A model generated the notes under the pieces. The model worked only from the letters and a program-made list of their open reading frames with translations. It searched no databases and had not been told where the DNA came from. From assembly GCA_964035545.1 (NCBI GenBank), contig CAXIUT010000305.1, positions 1 through 20,504 on the forward strand: a stretch of DNA of 20,504 bases, given 5' to 3'. Positions 1-11,173 of this stretch are shown here, one piece after another; the first letter of the stretch is position 1; each line of letters begins with the position of its first letter. The translations under genes and the position numbers were made by a program. The stretch comes from Bugula neritina. Lineage: Eukaryota; Animalia; Bryozoa.

Positions 1-69
1 CCAACCCCAACCCCAACCCCAACCCCCAACCCCAACCCCAACCCCAACCCCAACCCCAACCCCAACCCC
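1..69. repeat. Left telomere, (CCCCAA)n
   Basis: ~11 tandem CCCCAA units at the extreme 5' end (one C5 variant); Tetrahymena-type ciliate telomere repeat, C-rich strand 5'. Confidence 0.97.
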
Positions 70-457
70 TAAAGAAAATAAGGAAATCGTTAAAATATCA
101 ATTTTATAACTATTATAATGATATTTTTATGCTCAATTTTTGATGAGAATATTATTTTCAATGTTTATTTAATCATAAAATATCAAGAAAGTCTTCAATC
201 AGAACGATTTATCTCTTTTCTTAATGGTTTTCTTTAAAAAATAATTTATTAATCACATAACTTTTTTTATAATGAAACATAACAGGTTGGTTCATCTTTA
301 CTTTTATTTCTATTTTTTTTCTATGATTTTTAAAGAAAATTTAAAAAATACTAAAAAGATTATTGTTTTGATTTTAATAGATTAGATTTATAGACACTTT
401 TTAATGAGATTTATTCTATCGTTTTTTATTTATTTAAGATATAATTATTTGATATTT

Positions 458-1229
458 ATGGAGAAAGTGTAAATAAATCAAGTCCCTTTAGTTTAATCTA
501 ATGGTAATACTTCTCTAATTTAAGTAAGTTAAGCTAGTTAAACAGAGAGTTCTCTTGATAGATCCTTTGAAAGCTGTAGTAATTCTTTTGACTTCTGTGT
601 CCATTTTATCAACAAAGCTGATTAAACGGTTGACAGTCAATTTGTAAATGCAGAAGACAACTTAACTCTAAATGAATGTCTCACTATTCTTCAGGACAAG
701 CTTAAAAGAGCAATGACCGAGGTTGTATTTAAAAAGAAAATTTAATCAGAATCTATTATTCCCTAAACTCGATTATCGGAACTTATTCAATGCCCTGATG
801 ATGACATCTATATTTTATATGGTATTTTTTATCTGAGGTAGAGGGAATTAAGCCAATAGTTAAGAAAGTGTAAAAAGAGATCAAATATGATACAATCACC
901 AAATACTCATATTTAGACGAAAAGAAATTTGTTAAGTAAAAATAATTTGAATTAGAGTCTATATTCCTCTGCCTGGAATTGGTGAATTACCACCGTAAAG
1001 TATAGTTACTCGCTTTTTGGACAGAAGCTTTTAAATAAAAATTCACTAATACCAAGGAAAAAATTGGATTTTTGCTGTTCCGAGAACTCAATGCTGCATA
1101 TTGGTCAAAACATCTAAAGTGACTCAGAAACCCGACAAGTTAATTGTGAGCATTGGCAAAATTGCAGAAGGGGATAGCTGGTTCAGCCTACATAAAGTCA
1201 AATGCATTGGATAAAAAGACACCGATTGA
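458..1229 (+). CDS. CS-domain (p23/HSP20-like) protein, calcyclin-binding protein/SIP-like
   Basis: Table 30; ATG 458, TGA 1227-1229; two 20-nt GT-AG introns (822-841, 936-955) restore frame. C-terminal ITKYSYLDEKKFVKVYIPLPGIGELPPESIVTRFLDRSFEIKI...W resembles the CacyBP CS domain. Confidence 0.8.
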
Positions 1230-1333
1230 TCCTTTAAACATCTAATCTTAGCCAGTTATAAAATTATTTGACATATTTCTAACAATATTGAATGTTGATT
1301 AACAGCTATAATTATATTTTTTCTTAGCAAAAG

Positions 1334-2509
1334 ATGAGATCTGATCCAAGTCGATATTCTGAGAGAAAAAATCTCTCTAAGCAAGTACTTCTTAAAGAGA
1401 ATGTGGAGGAAATAAGTCAAGAACAAGATGGAATCTATAGAATAGCAGCCAAAGTTAGATTTCTTTAAGATGATGTAAACAATATCATTCACCAAAACAA
1501 ATAAATAGTTGCTTAAAACAAATGTCTTAACAACAGACAAAGAGAACTTTAGCTTGAATTACAGCATTAATAATCTTAAATATCTTAACTTTCTTTGCAA
1601 GTAGAACAATAACTGGGTATTGGAGAGTCTATATTTGCTTATTAGACTGATTTGGTTGCAATAGGGAATAATATCAACTCTCTTCACAATCGTATTAACT
1701 CCAAAGCTAAAAATTTATAAGTTTTAAAGATGGAAAAAGACTTTCGAATAGAGCAGCAATTAAAACTGAAATAAAATAATAACATATTTGCATATGAAGA
1801 GAATAGATAGATTTAAATAATAAATATATTGTATCAGCAACATTTATTCAATAAATAAAGCTGTAATATTGAAAAAGAATAGGTTTAGACTATTATATTA
1901 AGGTGTTAATAATTTTCAAATAAACTTAGTTTAAGAGAAAAAGGACTAAAGGATTTAATAAAATAAAATTCAAAAGAACTAGTCAATGATAAATAGAAGA
2001 TAATAAAAAGTTCTTTTTAACTAAATAGATTACATCAAAAGTTAAATGATTATAATAAACAAAGTAACTCTCTAAAAAAATTGTTCAATTACTAAAATCG
2101 AGACATCATGATTGACTAAATGCTCCGCGAGTAATAAATGTTCTAACACTAACTTAACAATAAAAATAAAAAATACCATCTTTTGATGAATTAAAATACA
2201 AAAATATCCAATAGTTTAGTTTAAAAATTTTATTAAACTAAAAAAAGTATTTAAAAAGACTTGAAAAAAGAATAGTAATTACTAAAATAAGAGTCATATA
2301 TTCATTGTTCTTTATAAGGTTAGTTGCTAGCTGCTAATCGAAAACTTTAAAATATACTAGTTTCAAGGAATATTATCTACAATTAAACAGACAATCCTCC
2401 TCTCAAACTAAATATCAAACAACTTTCAAATTTATACCTTCAATTATAAATATAACTTGCAGAAAAACTAACAGAACTATCAATGATCAAATCATAACTA
2501 TCTATCTGA
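1334..2509 (+). CDS. Hypothetical coiled-coil protein (~391 aa; alternative in-frame ATG at 1292)
   Basis: TGA-free frame from 1292/1334 to TGA 2507-2509 in table 30; E/K/N/L-rich, heptad-like (RQRELELELQHEESEISELSLQVEQE). No recognisable family motif. Confidence 0.7.
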
Positions 2510-2612
2510 TACTAATTTATATATAGATTTAATAACTGCTATTTTCAATCAATTTGTAAAGATAAATTTCAATATAAAACTTATCTTTTTCAATATCTAT
2601 TATTTATTCATA

Positions 2613-2832
2613 TTATTCTGCACTATCTGTCTTGTTACTAGATTATTTCCCATTATTACTACACTATCTGTTTTATTACTATACTATCTGTCTTTGTTTC
2701 GACACTATCTGTCTTTGTTACGGCACTATCTGTTTTATTTCTAGATTATTGGCCTTTATTACTAGATTATTTGCCTTTATTACTATACTATCTGTCTTTG
2801 TTTCGACACTATCTGTTTTATTACTAGATTAT
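2613..2832. repeat. Minisatellite, ~11 degenerate 19-21-bp units (e.g. TTATTACTAGATTATTTGCCT / TTGTTTCGACACTATCTGTCT)
   Basis: Units directly visible in tandem; one further unit resumes at 3134-3154 beyond the GC-rich insert. Confidence 0.85.
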
Positions 2833-3135
2833 CTCACAAAGAGAGCGAATGGATAGGTACGTTGACCTCGAAGCACAGGAGACTTCTGGGGGCGTACCGG
2901 TCAGGGGATGCGATTCTGGTGGAGGCTATGAAGATAGCCACCAAGGAATTCCCTGACATCTCCACATCAGAAATCCTCCACGGATCCTAATAGCCATAGC
3001 TACCGGAGCCGCCTCCTAAGGACCGAGGCCCAACGACTGACCTGAAAGGGTCAGAGGTTTAAGTCTAGCAGATACCCGATGACCTGTAAAAGCCCTAGAG
3101 GCAGACAAAGGACACCAAAAAACTTTGATTGATTG
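2833..3135 (+). mobile_element. Putative 5'-truncated non-LTR retroelement/retroposed insertion (303 bp)
   Basis: ~53% GC (hand count, 2841-3120) in an otherwise very AT-rich window. Flanked by the 13-bp direct repeat ATTACTAGATTAT (2820-2832 and 3136-3148). Carries a frame open from the 5' boundary to TGA 3126-3128, then a (TTGA)3 tail. No RT or endonuclease motif is visible, so the class is inferred. Confidence 0.5.
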
Positions 3136-3196
3136 ATTACTAGATTATTTGCCTGAATATTATTTAATTTATAATAAAGAAGATATTAAATTTTGA

Positions 3197-5632
3197 ATGG
3201 GTTCTTCAAAATCTCAAGTTTTTAATAAAAATCGATAGTAAAATATTTCTGTTCCAATATCTTTAGACCTTTCTGAAGAATCATATCTTGAAAATGAAGG
3301 CAAAATAATATTGTTGGGTCAAACAAGAACTCACTCTAAAGTGGTTGAATGTGACCTGGTGTTTAATTCTTTAAAAAGCATTTCAACTAGAATCCACATT
3401 CCTCTTCCAACGATTCATTTGAATTCTTTAAAGAAATTATCAGATTGGTCTACAATAATGTCTCATGAGGGTTTAAATCAATAGCCTCCTTTCAGTAAAA
3501 TGTTTTGTCTTTCTCTTAGAAACCATAGAATCTTTATTTGTGGAGGGTGCGACTTCGAAGGTTTCAATGTGAGGAAAGAAGCCTTTTACTATATCAGACT
3601 GGAATAAAGACTCAAAAATAGAAAAGATCGTTATTCAGTCAATAAGAAAGATAAGAATAAACCTCAACTTTAAAATAATGGCTTTTAAAAACTATCCTCA
3701 ATGAAAGAAAAACGTCATTCTCACACAGGAATCTACTGTAGTTCATTAAAATCTATTTTAGTCTTTGGAGGAATTAATCATCTAAACGAAATCATTAGCT
3801 CTTGTTAAATCTATGACTCTTTAAAAAGTAGTAATGATATTATTTTAGATTAATGGACTAATTTACCTTCAATGAAAAGGTCTCGTTCGAATGCTCATTG
3901 TTTCTAGTATAAGAACAAGATATATGTTTTTGGAGGCAGGTCAGTCAAAAACTATTTACCAAATGATATTGAAGTATATCTTCTAAATTCAAAAAAATGG
4001 TAACTTTTAAATGTAAATGCAATACTATTTAGTTTAAACTTCACCAAGGAATATAAAAAGCCCTTATTTTTTCTTTAAAATAGCACTAAGTATTGATAGT
4101 TGGAGGCTAAACTTCCTACTCTAACAATAAAGTCATCAACAAAATTAATCTCTAATAAAAAACTTATATCTTCCACTCCTAACTTCCCAAAAATTCTCCT
4201 TCTCCTAAAGGAAATAGAACAAATAAGAATGAACTTTTCTTATTCGGAAATTAAAAGGAACAATCTTATATATTTTATGATAATGAATGGATATAAAAAA
4301 AACTTGCCTACAACAATCTCATCTAACCAGAAGATCTTCCTAGCTTTTCTTTTTCTAAAGAAAGTCTTATTGTTAAAAGTTCACCTACTATTACGACCAA
4401 ATAAAAGATAGAGCATTAAGAGGAAGAACTTTTCTTTGGAAATGATCAATATCCTTGTCTTCTTTTTTATAATCCTAAATCAGGATCCATTACAATGGAA
4501 AGTGTTCCTACTTCTATTAGACTGAAGTCAAAAATGTAGGTGCTTAAACTTTAGTTTGGAAAGTATGTTCTTTTAGGAGGTTCAGACCACACTCTTCATT
4601 AATCATCTAGAAATTGTTTTTTATATAACAAAACCAACGCTTCTGCCTCTGAAGTGACCTAAATGATAAAAAAAAGAAGTAATTTTTCTGTTGTTTATGT
4701 CTCAAATTATATTTACGTTTTTGGAGGTTTCGATTATGAAACAAAAAGAGCTCTGAGAAGTTGTTAAAAGTATAGTTTATTGGAGAATGAATGGAAGGAA
4801 ATAGAACCACTAGGAAGAAGTAGATCTGGAAGTCGAGCTGAAACAATATCTAAGAATAAGATTGCTATCGTAGGAGGATTCATTGAAGAATCTCAAATAG
4901 GATAAATCTAAATGTAAGTTTTTCTAATCAAGATACAACATATCAACTAATACAATTGAAGTATTCTTTCCTAAGACAGCCATTCTTGGTACTGCATCTC
5001 TTTTGTTCTCTTTCTAGGAAGAAAAATCATTTTATTTGCTGAGTAGTCATCAAAATAAATTTATTTATTCCAAAATAACTTATGATAAAAATAACAAAGG
5101 TTCTTAGAAATAAGCATCAAACAATTTTTAAAGTTAAAAACAAGAACAGATATCGAAAAGAAATTATCTTCTCAAAATAAAATAGGAGAATTAAGATCAA
5201 CTAAAAAATAAATAGAAAAAAGAAAATTGTTTCTCATCAGAGGAATAAGTATCTTTGGATTAAACTATTATTTCAGAAATACAAAAAAGGTAACAATTTT
5301 CAAGTGAAATGATTTCAGGGTAGTTGTTGTAAAAAACAGAGTCATAAAGATCTCGTCAAAAAGGATTAACTCTTGACTTAGGTCTTTAAAAATACTCCAA
5401 TCAATCATCTTTCAACTAAGTTCCCTAAAATGTATATTCTGTTGTTACGGAGCATTAAAAATCATAAACTCTATTTAGCCGTAAGAACTACATTGGTTGT
5501 CTTATTTGTAAAAGAAAAGATATATTTTACTTTATTCGAAATAAAGTAATTGAACAAATTAGGTTTGATGATTTGTTTTTAGATGCTAAAAAAGTTAATT
5601 CCTAAAATTTAAAACTCTAATGGCTCACTTGA
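3197..5632 (+). CDS. Kelch-repeat beta-propeller protein (~791 aa), predicted N-myristoylated
   Basis: ATG GGT TCT TCA AAA TCT (MGSSKS); repeated kelch GG...Y...W motifs (ILVFGG..SCEIYD..NEW, IYVFGG..SCEKYS..NEW); introns 3828-3848 (21 nt), 4013-4032 (20), 4914-4932 (19); TGA 5630-5632. Confidence 0.88.
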
Positions 5633-5706
5633 TAACATCAATTTGTTAAAATCAATAACTTTGAGTTTATTAAATATTTATTATATTGATTAAAACAAAT
5701 TATACC

Positions 5707-6960
5707 TCAATCACAAGTTATCTTCCTTTAAAATGCTGATATCGCTACTGAAACTCCTTGAATAATGCTATAAGGACTCTCAATATCTAAATGAAAAACA
5801 TCTGCTCCTGCCTTTCCAAATATCAAGTAGTATTTATCTCCTTCTTAAGAATCAGATATTACAAAGTTCTTTATACTTGGCTGTAAAGCTCTCCCTTGAA
5901 AACTTAAAATATATGACTTCAATCGCTAGTTCCATTTGGCTGATTTACTAACATATCTCTCAATTCTATCTTGCCACTTACTTTTTTCAAAAACCTCATC
6001 CAGATACTCAAAAGGGATCTTTTACTTGGGAAGATAAACTAACATTTTTCTAGGTCCATTCATTCCTAATAGATTGGTTTAATAAGATATCGTGAGTAAA
6101 CTGTTTTATCCTTAAGATTTTAATAGAGTAAACTTATTTCCTAGAAGAGAAGATTAGAGACTAGCTACTTTAGAATAAACGAACTAAGAATTTTAACTGA
6201 ATCTTAGGTACAAATTGTATTGCCATAAACCCTATTTTTTAATTGTCAAGACGTGTTTCAGTCCTTTTTAAAAATATACATTGTACTAGATGATTCCGTC
6301 TTGATTTTGTTTATCTCTTCTCATTATGAATTGAATTTTTCTACTTTATTCAAGTTTTTAAAACAATATTTATTTACTCAAAGGCATTTATTCAACTCCT
6401 TCTTCTTTCTTCAACTCGTCCTTTTTGAAAATCAAATTTTCATCTACTATCTTGGCGGATTGCTTCTCTTCTTCCTCTGAACTACCACTTCTCCAACTAA
6501 GCAAATGACTTCTATTGCTATTATCTATTACTAGCTCAGAATAAGTCTCTTCATCATTGTTATTATATTTATCATGCTGCTCATATATGTCTTATGTTTC
6601 TCTTCCTACATCTTATTTTTATTCTGAATTCTCTTCTTTTACTTCAGTATCTTACAGATAGAGGTTTAACATCTTTTTAGATTTTTTACTTATGATTTTT
6701 ATTTCTTTTAGTTATTGATTCTATTTCTAAGAATAATTGTTTCTTTGTTGTTGTTATTATTCCTATCTTTAAAAGGTGTTTTCTTCATCAACATCTACAA
6801 ACATTTTGGATTTAGTTTTTTCTTTTCGATCTGTTTTTTTACGATTTCCTTTTCTAAGACTGTTTTTGACTTCTTTAAAAGGAACCACTTTCATATCCAA
6901 TTCTTCTTCTCTCTATTCGTAAAATAAACTTGGCTTTAGCTGAGATAAATTCAATTTCAT
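5707..6960 (-). CDS. Tubby-like protein (C-terminal Tub domain), 417 aa
   Basis: Intronless in table 30; Tub motifs YETNLLGMNGPRKMLVYLP, KWNERLKSYILSFQGRALQPSIKNF, LIFGKAGADVFHLD..PYSIIQGVSVAISAFERKITCD-stop; acidic N-terminal half. Confidence 0.9.
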
Positions 6961-7125
6961 CTAAGTTCTTATGGAAAATATATTAATCTTTAACTAATCA
7001 CACTTATCAAATCAAAAATAAATAAACATAAAAATGACTCATAATATTTAAACATTTATTCTACAATTTTTTAAGATGCTATTATTTTAGAGGTGGCTCC
7101 CTTTGGAGGGCTATATAATATTTTA

Positions 7126-8748
7126 ATGAATTCTAGAGCCTTTCAAGAAATAACTCACTACCTTTAAAAAGAATTAGAAAAAATACCATCACAATATATT
7201 CAAGAACTTATCCGATAACTCTCTCCAGGTATCAACTTGTCTTCAGTTAACATCTTCGAACATCTATTCAGAGTTCTTCTCTATTAGTATGAACAAAAAA
7301 CAAGAGTCTGGATTGACTCCAAACTTGAAGATATTAATGTATAAATCATAAGAAAGGCTTCTTTATTTGATTCAACTCTAGCAAGTCGTCTGAAAATAGC
7401 TCTAAGTCGTTCTTCTTATCTCGAAGCAGTGCAAATAATTTCATAAAAAGGAACTTCAATTGATCTTGACTTGAATGAAAAAATTATAAACAAAAGCTTT
7501 GATAGTAAAGCTGAGCAGTCAGGAAAGACCAAATCTGGCTTCAACTTTGAGATAATTAAAAGTTCAACTAATAAAACTGAACCAATTTATAATAGCAGAC
7601 TTGTGGATAATAAAGGAAGTTAGAATTGTAAAAATTTGACTCAAAAACCTCAATGTTTCTGTGTAATTGAAAGAAGTCCTTTATTTACAAAGGATGAGCA
7701 GTCTTTTGAATGTAAACATTGTCAAAAATTATTTCACACAACCTGTATGAAAAAAAAATCTTCTTCTTAATTTTGTTGCTATTGTCATCTCTAGAGAATG
7801 GTTCCTATCAAAAAAGTTGAATCAACACTTTATACAGGTCTTTTTAGAAAAAATATAAAAAAACATCAAGCTAATATATTTTTGCCTCAACTTCAGAATA
7901 ATTAAAAAATTCAAATTAGATGTTTAAGACTAAAAGAAGGAGCTCCTACATCTTGTCTTTTTCCTGATTTGGGATAGCTTACAGTCAATGGTAGTTTGAT
8001 AAAATCATTTTAACCTATTAACAAACAGTCTTGTCTTAAACATCGAAAAGATGAGCCTTTTTCTTTGTTTAAAGGAGATTATTACCCTAATCAAGATAAT
8101 TTATTCGTGTTAAATGAGCAGTTATTTAGTTCTAAATAAAAATAAATAAGAAACTAGTCAGAAAACCATTTGTTTGGAGTTTATCTTGTTTCTGATATAT
8201 CTCTTTAACGTTTGATCTAAACGATTGAATAGAAAAACACTTTGGGCTTTTCAGAATCCGCAAAAATATTGAATTAAAGTTTTAATAAGTTTGGAAAGGG
8301 AGATGAGGAACTAACTTGTTAACTTGTTAAAATTCCTTTAACTTGTCCCCTTTCTACGATGAGAATTTAAATCCCTGTTAGAGGTATATTTTGTAATCAC
8401 TTTCAATGTTTTGACCTTAAAAATTATCTCAGTATGGTTTCGTCTTCGACTAATCCAAGATGGAATTGTCCCCTCTGTAAAAGCTTAGCCTATTAACTTG
8501 AAGTAGATTCTATCCTTGCCCACATTTTGAAAGATATAACTCAAATATAGAAGGCTCAGTAAATTCTTTTTTTCAAGAATGGAGATTATACGCCAATAAT
8601 AGATGACGAGCCTGATGTAAATAGGAGCAATATAAGAAAACTAAATATTCCTGAGAAGTAGGCTAAATAGAAATCCATTATAGATCAAAAATAAATTAAA
8701 AATAGTTTTATCCTGCCTTAAAACGCTGAAGTAATTGATTTAGACTGA
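7126..8748 (+). CDS. SIZ/PIAS-type SUMO E3 ligase (PHD finger + SP-RING/zf-MIZ, C-terminal SIM)
   Basis: PHD CFC...CKHC...HTTC...CCYC; SP-RING LTCPLSTMRIEIPVRGIFCNHFQCFD...WNCPLC; terminal EVIDLD SUMO-interaction-like motif; TGA 8746-8748. True start may lie upstream (7034; see findings). Confidence 0.88.
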
Positions 8749-8894
8749 GTTGATAGTTATATAACAATCTTTATCCCAATCGTATTATTTTTAATGTGAT
8801 CAATAATTTTAGTCAAACATTTATTTTTAAGTTGAAATATTTGAAAATTATCTTATTTCTGTTTTTTAATCAGATAAAATAAACTTTAACTGTC

Positions 8895-11020
8895 ATGAGA
8901 AATGAATTAAAAAATAAACAAATAGCTACCATCAACTCTAATAAAGAAATCTAATAATTCTATGATCCATTCAAACCCAATCAACCTATCAGTAAAACCT
9001 CTAAAAGTTCATTTTCTTCCTGCATAACTCTTTTCACTGATTAAGATTCATTCTTATCTGATGATTTTTAATCTTAATATATCGTCAAACCTCCTCAAAA
9101 CTTACTTGAAGAGAAATAATAAACTCAAGATATCAAGAATGACCCATTTTTAAAAAAGATTTTAGCCAACTCAAAACAACCAGCTTTTAAGAATAGAGAA
9201 GATAAACCATTGCTAGTGAGAAGTAAATAGTCTTTTTGCTTCAATAATAATCTGATTTTGAAGTATCCCCAAACTCCTCATTTTAAAAATCAGCTTCAGT
9301 CTCCATTCTGTAAATTCAATACCTAACATCGAAATCATATGGAACTCCTTAAACAAAGAACAGGAAAGGGAGATTTCCAAGCAATTGACATAAATTCAGA
9401 CCCTTTAAATTTCATCTCATAAAGTTTACGATACTTTATAGGAATATCTCAAACTCTAAAATAAAAAGATTGTAATTTTGCTTCTAGAGCTTTGTTAAAA
9501 TTGGCTTGTTATGTTGAACCTTTCAATTAAAAAGCATGGAAAAAGTATATTTAAAATGAATAACATAATGGTCATATTTACAAAGCCTTTACTTTATCAA
9601 AAACTGCTTTTCTCTTCACTGAACAATAAGAATTTGCCAAAAGCTATCTCAATAATGGATAAAAATGTGGAATATCTTTACCTGAAATGAGAGGAATCCT
9701 TAACAGTGTAGATCACCCTTAAATATTTGAAAAAGGAGTTCTCTTGTAAATAGGTAAATTAACTCTAAAGCATTAATCTATTTGGAAGGGATTGAAAGTC
9801 CTTTTTTAGATTTGTCTTTGGAACGATTTTAGACTTCCTGTCTGTTCTCTTGTGATCTTTCTATCGAAATATTTGGAGAGTAATGGTTAAAGATAGAAAG
9901 CTTTATTTCTTCTGAAAAGATCCTTTGGAAGAGGAATGACTAAACTCGAAGTCTATACTACATATATTTAAATTAAATTGAGATAATAAAAAGGACAACT
10001 TAAGGAAGGACTAATAAAAGAAGTCCTTTAGTATGTTTAATGTATTTCAAGTGAGAATAGATATAAACTCTATTTTTAAATAGCTGAGCTATTATTTAAA
10101 AGAAATGATCCCAAATATAAACAATTTGTTGAGTAAGCATATATCTCAGCGAAAAAGTATTGTTGTCCAGGAAACGGAAGTATAAAAATATTACGTCATC
10201 TATATTTTGCTCTTATCAAGTGGAAAAATCTCGCTCCTCCTCAATTAGATACTGATATGGCTCGTCTAGAACTTAATCGCTATTAATATATCACAAAAGG
10301 CACTCTAAAAGTATTTAGTTTTTCTGACTGGAAATACTATCTTCACTATGGACTCCTTTAAAAAGACCAAATACTTTTCGAGGCATCCAAAAAATGGGGA
10401 TATACTGGAAGACTTATAGCTTAATGGATTCATTCTCTTAGAAATTCCAGAAATATAAGAGATATATTGAGAATATGGGGTTAAAAAGTTGAAGAGGTTC
10501 CAAAATCAGGATAGCTTTGGTGTGAAGGAGGTAGAATATATGCAGAACTTGGTGATTACCAGAGTGCTTCTAAATGTTTTAAAGCAGCTATACATTTTAC
10601 TCCTCAGTTTGGAGATTCTTTTGTTGAACTATTGCGAATTTATTTGATGAAAGGACAATTTCTCTAAGTAGATAAACTTAAAAAAGTAACTCTTCCATTA
10701 GATTAGATAGTTTTATTGTCTGAACCCTTCTATGGTCATGTCTGGTCTTTTATTCGTGAATCTGGTTCGGGATTAACAAAATTATCTCTTCTGTAACGAC
10801 TACTTTATTTAGAAACATGTGGGATTTAGCATCTTCAGAAATAAATAAAACCTTATATGCCCATATAAAAAATTAAAATATTGGAGTTTAACATCTAAAA
10901 CAGGCTGTTTCAGCACTAACAGGCTATGAACCTTATAATAAAGCCTATAGTAATCCAAATAATCCTTAAATAAGAAGAAAACTTTTTGCTTCATACGAAC
11001 AACTTGAGAATAAAAATTGA
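8895..11020 (+). CDS. HAT/TPR-repeat protein, PRP6-like C-terminal region (~694 aa)
   Basis: Long table-30 ORF; helical-repeat motifs EVPKSGELWCEGGRI, AIHFTPQFGDSFVE, EPFYGHVW; introns 10686-10706 (21 nt, in-frame) and 10793-10812 (20 nt, frame-changing); TGA 11018-11020. Confidence 0.75.
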
Positions 11021-11080
11021 TTTCAATATCATCACTACTTTTATTGAAAAAAATATAAAAATAATTATTAATCTTTCTCT

Positions 11081-11173
11081 GGGGTTGGGGTTGGGGTTGG
11101 GGTTGGGGTTGGGGTTGGGGTTGGGGTTGGGGTTGGGGTTGGGGTTGGGGTTGGGGTTGGGGTTGGGGTTGGG
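11081..11173. repeat. Internal telomere tract (GGGGTT)15.5, oriented as the right telomere of 1-11173
   Basis: 93 bp of perfect G4T2 on the + strand, 60 bp after the HAT/TPR gene stop. Confidence 0.97.

Noticed and set aside
70-457. Gene or element in the left subtelomeric region
   Set aside because: Extremely AT-rich with no recognisable coding, repeat or RNA signature.
2613-2832. CRISPR-like array
   Set aside because: Units are contiguous and degenerate with no unique spacers, there are no cas genes, and the context is eukaryotic. The same applies to 16782-16961.
2833-3135. Telomerase RNA, SRP, RNase P/MRP or U3 gene
   Set aside because: No CAACCCCAA-type template on either strand, no SRP helix-8 motif, no convincing P4 or box C/D set, and no T-run terminator on the + strand.
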